Source of the DNA: the human T2T-CHM13v2.0 reference genome, Homo sapiens
Strand: one strand, 5' to 3'
DNA: 64,000 nt
Assembly (NCBI RefSeq): GCF_009914755.1
Contig: NC_060946.1
Both the position numbers and the translations under genes were made by a program. Positions 12,149 through 25,200 of the stretch are shown piece after piece; the first letter of the stretch is position 1, and every line of letters starts with the position of its first letter. Under the pieces are notes generated by a model. It saw only the letters and a list, made by a program, of their open reading frames with translations. It did no database searches and had not been told where the DNA came from.

Positions 12149-13290
12149 ATTTTTTTTGGAGCTCTCTGTTTAATTATTTATTTACTTTTATTATTATTAT
12201 ACTTTATGTTTTAGGGAACATGTGTACAACGTGTAGGTTTGTTACATATGTATACATTTGCCATGTTTGTATGCGTTAGGTATATCTCCTAAGTCTATCC
12301 CTCCCCCTCCCCACACTGGACTACACTCCCTGGTTTGTGGTGTGTGATGGTTCTCTTTCTGTGTCCATGTGTTCTCTTTGATCAATTCCCAACTATGAGT
12401 GAGATCATGTGGTGTTTTATTTTTTGTCCTTGTGATAGTTCGCTGAGAATGATGGTTTCCAGCTGCATCCATGTCCCTACAAAGGACATGAACTCATCGT
12501 TTTTTATGGCCGCATAGTGTTCCATGATGTATATGTGCCACATTTTCTTCATTCAGTCTATCGTTGTTGGACATTTACATTGATTCCAAGTCTTTGCTAT
12601 TGTGAATAGTGCCACTATAAACATACGTGTGCATGTGTCTTTATAGCAGCATGATTTATAATCCTTTGGGTATATACCCAGTAATGGGATGGCTAGGTCA
12701 AATGGTATTTCTAGTTCTAGATCCCTGAGGAATCACCATACCGACTTCCACAATGGTTGAACTAGTTTACACTGCAACCGACAGTGCAAAACTGTTCCTA
12801 TTTCTCACATCCTCTCCAACACCTGTTGTTTCCTGACTTTTTAATGATCGCCATTCTAACTGGTGTGAGATGGTATCTCATTGTGGTTTTGATTTGCATT
12901 TCTCTGATGGCCAGTGAAGATAAGCATTTTTTCATTTGTTCATTGGCTGCATAAATGTCTTCTTTTGAGAAATGTCTGTTCATATACTTCACCCACTTTT
13001 TGATGGGGTTGTCTGTTTTTTTCCTGTAAATTAGTCTGAGTTCATTGTAGATTCCTGATATTAGCCCTTTGTCAGATGAGTAGGTTGCAAAAGTATTCTC
13101 CCATTCTGTAGGATTCCTGTTCACTCTGATGGTGGTTTCTTTTGCTGTGCAGAAGCTCCTTAGTTTAATTAGATCCCATTTGTCAATTGTGGCTTTTGTT
13201 GCCATTGCTTTAGGTGTTTTAGACATGAAGTCCTTGCCCATGCCTATGTCCTGAATGGTTTTGCCTAGGTTTTCTTCTAGAGATTTTACG
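12149..13290 (-). mobile_element. L1 5'-truncated (~1.1 kb 3' end), older L1PA (about L1PA4-like)
   Basis: T-rich tail at 12149-12200, L1 3'UTR and ORF2 C-terminus. Degenerate TSD tgaaccattctt (12137-12148) / tgaagcattctt (13291-13302). Carries gtttgttacat and gatggtttccagc variants where the other three L1s have gttagttacat and tttccaatttc. Subfamily call is from memory. Confidence 0.92.
12798..13290 (-). pseudogene. L1 ORF2p C-terminal fragment ([20 protein letters not shown]), frameshifted
   Basis: ORF 12798..13298 translates to the recognisable ORF2p C-terminal/cysteine-rich region. A 1-bp deletion near 12806 (tttctcacatcc) terminates the frame. Confidence 0.9.
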
Positions 13291-16200
13291 TGAAGCATTC
13301 TTCTGATTAATCAGTTTGGGTACTCTGTTCTTGTAGAATCTGCAAGGAGATATTTGTGAGTGCTTTGAGGCCCTTGGTGAAAAAGGAAATACCTTCATAT
13401 AATAAATAGACAGAAGTTCTCTGAGAAACCTCCCTGTCATGTGTACATTCATCTCACATAGTTGAAACAGTCTTTTGACTGAGCAGTTTGAAAACTGTCC
13501 AGTTGTAGAATCTGCAAAGGGATAATTGTGAGCCCTATGAGGCCTATGTTGAGAAAGAAAATATGTTCACATAAAAACTAGACAGAAGATTTCTGAGAAA
13601 CTCTTTGTGGTGTGTGCATTCATCTCACAGAGTTGAACCATTCTTTTGATTGAGCAGTTTGTAAACAGACTTTTTGTAGAATCTGCAAAGGGATATTTGT
13701 CAGCTTTATGAGGCTTATGGTGAAAAAGGAAATATCTTCAATAAAAACTATAAAGAATGTTTCTGAGAAGCTGTTTTGCAAGGTGTGCACTCATCTCAGA
13801 GAGAAAAAAGTTTCTATTCTTTGATGAGTCTGGAAACTCTGTTCTTGTAAAATCTGCAAAGGGATATTTGTGAGTGGCTTGAGGCCTATGGTGAAAAAGG
13901 AAATATCTTCACATAAAAACTACACAGAAGGTTTCAGAGAAACTTCTTTGTGATATGTGCATTCATCTCACAGAGTTGAACCATTCTTTTGATTGAGAAG
14001 TTTGGAAACAGTCTTTTCAGAGAATTTGCAAAGGGATATTTTGAGCGCTTTGTTAGGTATGGTGAAAAGGGAAATATCTTCACATAAAAAGTGGACAGAA
14101 GCTTTCAGAGAAACTTATTTGCGATGTGTGCATTCATCTCACAGAGTTGAACTTTTCTTTTTATTTAGCAGTTTGGAAAGAGTCCTTTTCTAGAATCTGC
14201 AGAGGGATATTTGTGAGCCCTTTATGGCTTAAGGTGAAATAGGAAATATCTTCACATAAAAACTAGACAGAGGCATTCTGAGAAACTTCTTCATGAAGTG
14301 TGCTTTCATCACACAGAGTTGAACCTCTCTTTTGATTGAGGAGTTTGGAAACGGCCTTTTTGTAGAATATGGAAATGGATATTTGGAGCACTTTGAGGCC
14401 TATGGTGAAAAAAGAAATATCTTCACCTGAAAACTAGACAGAAGCATTCTGAGAAACTTCTTTGTGATGTATGCACTCATCTCACAGAGTTTAACCTTTC
14501 TTCTGATTGAGCAGTTTCAAAACAGTCCTTTTGTAGAATCTGCAAAGGGATATTTGTGAGCCCTTTGAGGCCTATGGTGAAATAGGAAATATCTTCACAT
14601 AAAAACTAGTCAGAAGATTTTGGAGAAACTTCTTTGTGATGTGTGCTTTCATCTCACAGAGTAGAACCTTTCTTTTGATGGAGCAGTTTGGAAACACACT
14701 TTCTCTAGAATCTGCAAATGGATATTTGGAGCAGTTTGAGTACTATGGTGAAAAAGGAAATATCTTCACATAAAAACTAGAAAGCAACATTCTATGAATC
14801 TACTTTGTTACGTGTGCTTTCATCTCACAGAGTTGAACCTTCCTATTCATTGAGCAGTTTGGAAACCATCTTTTTGTAGATTCTGCAAATGGATATTTGG
14901 AGCGGTGTGAGGCCTTCTTGAGAAAGGAAACATCTTCACATAAAAACTAGACAGAAGCATTCTGAGAAACTTCTTGGTGATGTGTGCATTTATCACACAG
15001 AGTTGAACCCTTCTTTATATTAAACAGTTTGGAAACTGTCTTTTTGTAGTATCTGTAGAGGGATGTTTGCGCGAATTTGAGGCCTATGGTGAACAAGGAA
15101 ATATATTCACATAAAAACTAGATAGAAGCTTTCTGAGAAACTTCTTTGTGATGTGTGAATTCATCTGACAGTGTTGAACCTTTCTTTGGATTGAGCAGTT
15201 TGGAAACAATCCTTTTGTAGAATCTTCAAAGGTATATTTCTGAGCCCATTGAGGTCTATGGTGAAATATGATATATTTTCCCATAAAAACTAGACAGAAG
15301 ATTTCTAAGAAACTTCTTTGTGATGTGTGCTTCCATCTCACAGAGTTGAACTTTTCTTTTGGTTGATCAGTTTGGAAACACTCTTTTTGTAGAATCTGCA
15401 AATGGATATTTGGAGCGCTTTGAGGCTTGTGGTAAAAAAGGAAATATCATCACATAAAAATTCGACAGAAGAATTCTGAGAAACTTCTTTTTGAAGCTTG
15501 CAGTCTTCTCACACAGCTGAACATTTCTTTGATTGAATATTTGGAAACAGTCTTTTTGTAAAATCTACAAAGGGATAATTGTGAACCCTTTGAGGCCTAT
15601 GGTGAACTAGGAAATATCTTCACATAAAAACTACACAGAAACTTTCTGAGAAACATTTTGTGATCTGTGCATTCATCTCACAGATTTGAACCTTTCCTTT
15701 GCTAGAGCAGTTTGGAAACATTCCTATTGTAAAATCACCAAAGGGGTATTTCTCAGCCGATTGAGGCCTTTGGTGATATAGGAAATATCTTCCCATAAAA
15801 GCTAGACAGAAACTTTCTGAGAAACTTATTTTTAATGAGTGCTTTCATCTCAAAGAGTTAAGCATTTCTTTTGACTGAGCAGTTTGGAAACACTCTTTTT
15901 GCATAATCTGCAAATGGATAATTGGAGAGTTTTGAGGCCTATGGTGGAAAAGCAAATATCTTCACATAAAAACTAAACAGAAGCGTTCTGAGAAACTACT
16001 TTGTAATGCGTGCATTCATCTCACAACGTTGAAACCCTGTTTTGATTGAGCAGTTTGTAAACAGTCTTTTTGTAGAATCTGCAAATGGATATTTGGAGTG
16101 CTTTGAGGCCAATGGTGAAAAAGGAAATATCTTCACAAAAAAACTAGAAAGAAACATTCTGAGAAACTTCTTTGTGATATGTGCTTTCATCTCACAGAGT

Positions 16201-19200
16201 TGAACCTTTCTTTTCATTGAGCAGTTTTGAAACAGACTTTATAGAATCTGGAAATGCTTATTTGGAGAGCTTTGAGGCCTATGGTGAAAAAGGAAATATC
16301 TTCAGATAAACACTAAACAGAAGCTTTCTGAGAAACTTCTTTGTGATGCCTGCATTCATATCACAGAGCTGAAATTTTCTTTTGATTTAGCAGTTTGTAA
16401 ACAGTCTTTTGGTAGAATCTGCAAATGGATAGTTGGAGTGCTTTGAGGCCTATGGTGAAAAAGAAAATATCTTCACAAAAAAACTAGAAAGATACATTCT
16501 GAGAAACTTCTTTGTGATGTGTGCTTTCACCTCACAGAGTTGAAACTCTCTTTTCATTGAGCAATTTGGAAACAGTATTTTTGTGGAATCTGCAAATGGA
16601 TATTTGGAGTGCTTTGAGGCCTATGGTGAAAAAGGAAATATCTCACATAAACCCTAGACAGAAGTATTCTGAGAAACTTCTTTGTCTTGTGTCCATTCAT
16701 CTCACAGAGTTGAACCTTTCTTTGGATTGAGAAGTTTGGAAACAGTCTTTTTGTAGAATCTGCGAAAAATATTTTTGAGCCCTTTATGGCCCATGGTGAA
16801 ACAGGAAATGTCCTCACAGAAAAACTAGACAGAATCCTTCTCAGAAACTTCTTTGTGATGTGTGCTTTCAACACACGGAGTTGTAGCTTTCTTTTGATTG
16901 AGCAGTTTGGAAACAGTCTTTTTGCGGAATCAGCAAATGGATGTTTGGAGCGCTTTGAGGCCTTTGGTGAAAAAGTAAATACCTTCACATAAAAAATAGA
17001 CAGAAGCATTGTAAGAAACATCTCTGTGATGTGTGCATTCATCTCATACAGTTGAATCCTTCTTCGATTGAGGAGTTTGGAAACAGTCTTTCTGTGGAAT
17101 CAGCAAATGGATATTTTGAGCACTTTGAGGCCCATGCTGAAAAAGGAAATACCTTCACATAAAAAAATATACAGAAGGATTGAGAGAAACATCCATGTGA
17201 TGTGTACATTCATCTTATAGAGTTGAACCTTTCTTTGATTGAGAAGTTTGGAAACAGTCCTTTCGTAGAATCTGCAAAGGGATATTTCTGAGCCCATTGA
17301 AGCCTAGGGTGAAAAAGAAATATCTTCACATAAAAACTAGATAGAAGCATTCTGATAAACTTTTTTGTGGTGTGCCCATTCATCTCAAAGTGTTGAAACT
17401 TTCTTTGGATTGAGCAGTTTGGAAACAGTCTTTTTGTAGAATTTGCAAAAAATATTTGTGAGCCCTATATGGCCCATGGTAAAATAGGAAATATCTTCAC
17501 ATATAAACTAGACAGAAGCTTTCCGAGAAACTTCTTTGTGATGTTTACTTCCGTGTCACAGGATTGAACCTTTCTTTTTGATAGAGCAGATTGGAAACAC
17601 TCTTTTTGTAGAATCTACAAATGGGTATTTGGAGCGCTTTGAGGCCTATGGTGAAAAAAGAAATATCTTCACATAAAAACTAGACAGATGCATTCTGCAA
17701 AACCTCTTTGTGATGTGTGCATTCATCTCACAGGGTTGAATAATTCTTTGGATTCAGCAGTTTTCTAAACAGTCCTTTTGTAGAATCTGCAAAGAGATAT
17801 TTATGAGCCCACTGAGTCCTATGGTGAAAAAGGAAATATCTTCAAATAAAAGCAGAACAGAAGTGTTCTGAGAACCTTCTTTTTGATGTGTGCATTCGTC
17901 TATCAGCATTGAAACTTTCTTTTGATTGAGCAGGTTGGAAACAGTCTTTTTGTAAGATCTGCAAAGGGATATTTCTGAGCCGTTTGTGGCTGATGGTGAA
18001 AAAGAAATATCTTCACATAAAAACTAGACAGAAGCATTCTGAGAAATCTCTTTCTGATGTGTGCATTCATCTCACAGAGTTGAATCTTTCTTTTGTGTGA
18101 ACAGTTTGGAAACAGTCTTTTTTTTTTGAATATGCAAACGGATATTTGTGAGCCCTTTGCAGCCTAAGGTGAAATAGGAAATTCCTTCACATAAAAACTA
18201 GACAGAATCTTTCTGAGAAAATGCTTTGTGATGTGTGCTTTAATCTCACAGAGGTGAAATTTTCTTTTGATTGAGCAGTTTGGAAACAGCCTTTTTGTAG
18301 AATCTGCAAATGGATATTTGCAGTGCTTTTAGGCCTATGGAGAAAAAGGAAATATCTTCACAAAAACACTAAAAAGAAGCTTTCTGAGAAACTTATTTGT
18401 GATGCGTGGACTCATATCACAGAGCTGATCCTTTCTTTTGATTGAGCAGATTGGAAACCATCCTTTTGTACAATCTGCAAAGAGATATTTTTGAGCCGTT
18501 TGATGCCTATGGTGAAAAAGAATTATCTTCACATAAAAAGTAGACAGAATCATTCTGAGAAACTCCTTTGTGATGTGTGCATTCACCTCACAGATTTGAA
18601 CCTTTCTTTTCTTGGAGCAGTTTGGAAACAGTCTTTTTGTAGTATCTGCAGAGGGATATTTGTGAGCAGTTTAAGGCCTATGGTGAAAAAGGAAATATCT
18701 TCACATTAAACTAGACAGAAGCATTCTGAGAAACGTATATTTTATGTGTGCATTCATCTCACAGAGATGAATCTTTCTTTTCATTGAGCAGTTTGGAAAG
18801 AATCTTTTTATACAAAGTGCAAAGGGATATTTCTGAGTGCTTTGAGGCCTATAGTGAAACAATAATATCTTCACATATAAACTAGACAGAAGCATTCTGA
18901 GAAACTTCTTTTTTAATATGTGCATTCACCTCACAGAGTTGAAACTTTCTTTTCATTGAGCAGTTTGGAAACAGTCTTTTTGTGGAATTTGCAAATGGAT
19001 GTTTTGTGTGTTTTGAGGCCTATGGTGAAAAAGTAAATATCTTCACATTAAAACTAGACAGAAGCATTCTGTGAAACTTCTTTGTGACGTATACATTCAT
19101 CTCACGTTGTTGAGCCTATCTTTTGATTGAGCAGATTGGAAACAGTCTTTTTGTTGTATCTGCAGAGGGATATTTGTGAGTGGTTTGAGGTCTATGGTGA

Positions 19201-22200
19201 AAAAGGGAATACCTTCACATAAAAGCTAGACAGAAGCATTATGGGAAACTTCTCTGTGATGTGTGCATTCAACTCACTGAGGTGAAACTTTCTTTAGATT
19301 GAGCAGTTTGGAAACTATACTTTTTTAGAATCTGCAAAGGGATATTTCTGAGCCCATTGAGGCCTAGGGTGAAAAAGAAATATCTTCACATAAAAACTGG
19401 ACAGATGCATTCTGAGAAACTTCTTTGTGATGTGTCCATTCATCTCACAGAGTTGAACCTTTCTTTGGATTGAGCAGTTTGGACAGTCTTTTTGTAGAAT
19501 CTGTAAAAAATATTTGTGATCCCTTTACAGCCTATGTTGAAAAAGGAAATATCTTCACATAAAAACTAGACAGGAGCTTTCTGAGAAACTACTTTGTGAT
19601 GTGTGCTTTCTTCTCACATAGTTGAACCTATCTTTTGAATGAGCAGTTTGGAAATGCTCTTTTTGTAGAGTCTGTAAATGGATATTTGGAGCATTTTGAG
19701 GCCTATGGTAAGAAAGGAAATATCTTCACATAAAAGCCAGACAGAAGCATTCTGAGAAACTTCTTCATGATGTGTGTATTCATCTCACAGAGTTGAATAT
19801 TTCTTTGGATGCAGCAGTTTGGAAACAGTCTTTTTGTAGTATCTGCAGAGGGATATTCATGAGCAGTTTGAGGCCTATGGTTAAAAAGGATATATCTTCA
19901 CAGAAAACCTCGACAGATCCATTCTGAGAAACTTCTTTGAGATGTGTGCATTCATCTCACAGAGTTGAACCTTTCTTTGGATTGAGCAGTTTTCTAAACA
20001 GACCTTTTGCAGAATCTACAAAGGGATACTTCTGAGCCCATTGAGGCTTATGGTGAAAAAGGAAATATCTTCACATGAAATCTTAACAGAAGTTTTCTGA
20101 GAAACTTCTTTGTGATGTGTGCATTCACCTCACAGTGTTGAAACTTTCTTTTGATTGAGCAGTTTGGAAACAGTCTTTTTGTACAATCTGCAAAGGGATA
20201 TTTCTGAGCTATTTGAGGCCCATCGAGAGAGAAATATCTTCATATAAAAACTAGACAAAAGCATTCTGAGAAACTTCTTTGTAATGTATGCATTCATCAC
20301 ACATAGTTGAAATTTTCCTCTGATTGAGCAGTTTGGAGACAGTATTTTTGTATAATATGCAAAAGGATATTTGTGAGCCCTTTCAGGCCTATGGTGAAAT
20401 AGGGAATATCTTCACAAAAAAACTAGACAGAAGCTTTCTGAGAAACTTCTTTCTGATGCGTGCTTTCATCTAACAGAGTTGAACTTTTCTTTTGATTGAG
20501 CAGTTTGGAAACAGTCTTTTTGTAGAATCTGAAGATGGATATTTGCAGCGTTTCAGGCCTATGGTGAACAGGAAATTTCTTCACATAAAAACTAGAGAGA
20601 AGCATTCTGAGAAACTTCTTTGTGATGTGTGCATTCATGTCACAGAGTTGAAACTTTCCTTGGATTGAGCAGTTTGGAAAGAGTCCTTTTGTAGAATCTG
20701 CAAAGGGATGTTTGTGAGCACATAGGGGGCCTATGGTGAAATAGGAAATGTCTTCATATAAAAACTAGACAGAAGCTTTCTGTAAAACTTCTTTGTGTTG
20801 TGTGCTTTCACCTCACAGAGATGAACATCTCTTTTGATTGAGCAGTTTGGAAACACTCTTTTTGTAGGACTTGCAAACGGATATTTGGAGTGCTTTGAGG
20901 CCTATGGTGAAAAAGAAAATATCTGTATATAAAAACTAGACAGAAACTTTCTGAGAAACTTCCTTGTGATGTGTACTTTCATCTCACAGATTTGGACCTT
21001 GCTTTTCATTGAGCAGTTTGGCAACAAGTCATTTTGTAGAATCTGCAAAGGGATATTTGTGAGTGGTTTGAGGCCTATGGTGAAAAAGTAAATATCTTCA
21101 CCTAAAACCTAGACAGAAGCATTTTGAGAAAACTCTTTGTGATGTTTGCATTCATCTCACTGAGTTGAACCTTTCTGTTCATTGAGCAGTGTGGAAACAT
21201 ACTTTTTGTGCAATCTGTAAAGGAATATTGGTTTGCAGTTTGAGACCTATGGTGAAAAAGTAATATCTTCACATAAAAACTAGACAGAAGCATTCTGAGA
21301 AACTAATTTTTTATGTGTGCATTGATCTCACAGAGTTGAACCTTTCTTTTGATGAAGCAGTTCGGAAACAGTTTTTTGTAAAATCTGAATAGGGATATTT
21401 GTGATCCCTTTGAGGCCAAAGGTGAAATAGGAAATATCTTCACATAAAAACTAGATAGAAACTTTCTGAGAAACTTCTTTGCGACGTGGGCTTTCATCTC
21501 ACAGATTTGAACCTTTATTTTGATTGCGCAGTTTGGAAAGAGTCTTTTTGTAGAATCTGTGAATGTATATTTGGAGCGTTTTAAGGCCTCGAGGGAAAAA
21601 GGAAATATCTTCACATAAAAACAACACAGTAGCTTTTTGAGAAATCTCTTTGTGACATTTCCATTCATCTCTAAGAGCTGACCATTTATTTTCATTGAGC
21701 AGTTTGGAAACAGTCTTTTTGTACAAAATGCAAAGGGATACTTCTGAGCAGTTTGAGGTCAATGGTGAAAAATAAATATCTTCACATGAAAACTAGACAG
21801 AAACATTTTGAGAAACTCCTTTGTGATGTGTGCATTCTTCTCACAGAGTTGAACCTTTCTTTTGATTTAGCAATTTGGAGAAAGTCTCTTGGTAGTATAA
21901 GTGGAGTTATATTTGTGAGCGATTTAAGGCCTATGGTGCAAAAGGAAACACCTTCACATAAAAAGTAGACAGAAGCTTTCTGAGAAACTTTGTGATGTGC
22001 GTTTTTGTCTCACAGATTTGAGCCTTTCTTTTGATTGACCAGTTTGGAAACATTCTTTTTGTAGAATCTGCAAATGGATATTTGGAGCAATTTGAGACCT
22101 ATGGTGAAAAAGGAAATATCTTCACATAAAAACTAGACAGAAGAATTCTGAGAAACTTCTTTGTGATGAGTGCATTCAACTCACATAGTTGAAACATTCT

Positions 22201-25200
22201 ATATGGACCAGTTTGGAAACAGTCTTTTTGTAGTACCTGCAGAGGGATATTTTTGAGTGGTTTAAAGACTATGGTGAAAAAGGAAATATCTTCACATAAT
22301 AACCAGACAGAAGCATTCCGAGAAACTTCTTTGTGATGTGTGCATTCATCTCACAATGTTGAACGTTTCTTTTGATTGAGCAGTTTGGAAACAGAACTTT
22401 TGTAGAATCTGCAAAGGGATATTTCTGAGCCCATTGATTCCTATGGCAAAATAGGAATTATCTTGAGATAAAAACTAGACAGAAGATTTCTGAGAAACTT
22501 CTTTGTGATGTGTGCTTTCATCTCACAGAGTTGAACATTTCTTTTGATTGAGCAGTTTGGAAAGAGTCTTTTTGTATAATCTGCAAATGGATATTTGGAG
22601 CACTTTGTGGCCTAATGTGAAAATGGAAATATCTTCACATAAAAACTAGACAGAAGAATTCTGAGAAAATTATTTGTGATTTGTGCATTCACCTCAGAGA
22701 GGTGAACTTTTCTTTTGATGGAGCTGTTTGGAAACAGTCTTTTTATAGTGTCTGCAGAAGGATATTTGTGAGCGGTTTAAGGCCTGTGGTGAAAAAGGAA
22801 ATATCTTCACATAAAAACTAGACAGAAGTTTCTGAGAAACTTCTTTGTGATGTGTGCATTCATCTCACAGTGTTGAAACTTTATTTTGTTTGAGCAGTTT
22901 AGAAACAGTCTTTTTCTGCAATCTGCAAAGGTATATTTCTGAGCCATTTGAGGTCTATGGTGAAAAAGAAATATCTTCACATTGAAACTAGACAGAAGCA
23001 TTCTGAGGAACTTCTTTGTGATGTCTCCATTCATCTGACAGAGTTGAAAGTTTCTTTTAATTCAGCACTTTGGAAACCATATTTTTGTAGAATCTGCAAA
23101 GGGATATTTTTGAGACATTTGAAGCCTATAGTGAAATACTAAATATCTTCACATAAAAACTAGACAGGAGAATTCTGAGAAACTTCATTCTGATGTGTGC
23201 ATTCACCTCACAGAATTTAACCTTTCTTTTGATTGAGCAATATGGAAATGTTCGTCTTTTAGAATTTGGAAAGGGATATTTCTTAGCCCTTTGAGGCCTA
23301 TGGTGAAACTGGAAATATCTTCACATGAAAACTAGACCAAAGCTTTCTGAGAAATTTCTTTGAAATGTGTGCTTTCATCTCACAGAGTTAAAACTTTCTT
23401 TTGATTGAGCAGTTTAGAAACACTCTTTTTGTGAAATCTGTAAATGGATATTAGGAGCACTTTGAGGCCAATGGTGACAAAGGATATATCTTCATGTAAA
23501 AACTAAACAGAAGTTTTCTGAGAAACTACTTTTTGATGTGTCCATTAATCTAACAGAGTTGAAACTTTCTTTTTATTGAGCAGTTTGGATAGAGTCTTTT
23601 TGTAGAATCTGCAAAAAATATTTGTGAGCCCTTTATTGCCTATGGTGAAATAGGAATTTTCTTCACATATAAACTAGACAGAAGCAGTCTGAGAAACTTC
23701 TTTGTGATGTATGCATTCATCTCACATAGTTGAAACTGTCTTTGGATTGAGCAGTTTGGAAACAGTCCTCTTGTAGAATCTGCAAAGGGATATTTCTGAG
23801 CCCATTGAGTACTATGGTGCAATGTGAAATATCTTCACATAAAAACTAGACAGAAGCTTTCTAAGAATCTTCTTTGTGATGTGTGCTTTCATCTCACAGA
23901 ATTGAAACTTTCTTTTGAGTGAGGAGTTTGGAAACACTCTTTTTCTAAAATCTGCAAGTGAATATTTGGAGAGCTTCTGAGGCCCATGGTGAAAAACGAA
24001 ATAACTTCACATAAAAACTAAACAGAAGTTTTCTGAGAAACTTTCTTGTGATGTGTGCATTCATCTCACAGAGTTGAACCTTTCCTTTGATTGAGCAGGT
24101 TGGAAAGAGGCTTATTGTACAATCTGCAAAGGGATAATTCTGATCCGTTTGAGGCCTATGGTGAAAGAGAAATATCTTCACATAAAAACTAGACAGAATC
24201 ATTCCGAGAAATTTCTTTGTGATGTGTCCATTCATCTCACAGAGTTGAACCTTTCTTTTGATTGAGCAGTTTGGAAACAGTCTTTTTGTAAAACCTTCAA
24301 AGGGATATTTGTGAGCCCTTTATGGCCTCAGGTGAAATAGGAAGTATCTTCACATACATACTAGAGAGAAGCTATCTGAGTAACATTTTTGTGATGTGTG
24401 CTTTCATCTCAGAGAGGTAAAAATTTTTTTTGATTGAACAGTTTGGAAACAGTCTTTTTGTAGAATCTGCAAATGGATGTTTGGATTGCTTTGAGGCCTA
24501 TGTTGAGAAAGGTAATATCTTCACATAAAAACAAGACAGAAGATTTCTGAGAAACTCCTCTTTTATGTGTGCATTCATCTCACCGGTTTGAACCTTTCTT
24601 TTGATTGAGCAGTTTGGAAACATTCTTTTTGTACAATCTGCAAAGGGATATTTCTGAGCCATTTGAGGCCCATTGAGAGAGAAATATCTTCATATAAAAA
24701 CTAGACAGAAGCATTATGATAAACTAATTTATTATGTGTGCATTCATCTCACAGAGTTGAACCTTTCTTTTCATTTAGCAGTTCAAAAACTGTCTTTTTG
24801 TAGAGTCTGCAAAGGGATATTTGTGAGAACTTTGAGGCCTATGGTGATATAGGAAATATCTTCACAAAAAAGTAGACAGAAGCATTATGAGAAACTTCTT
24901 CATGATGTGTGCTTTCTTCTCACAGATTTGAATCTTTCTTTTAATTGAACAGTTTGGAAACTCTCTTTTTGTAGAGTTTGCAAAAGGATATTTGGATTGC
25001 TTTGAGGCCTATGGTGAAAAAGGAAATATTTTCACTTAAAAACTAAACAGAAACTTTCTGAAAAACTTCTCTGTGATGTGAGTATTCATGTCACAGTGTT
25101 GAACCTTTGTTTTCATTGAGCAGTTTGGAAACCATCTTTTTGTACAATCTGCAAAGGGATATTTCTGAGCAGTTTGAGGCCTACGGTGAAAAACAAATAT

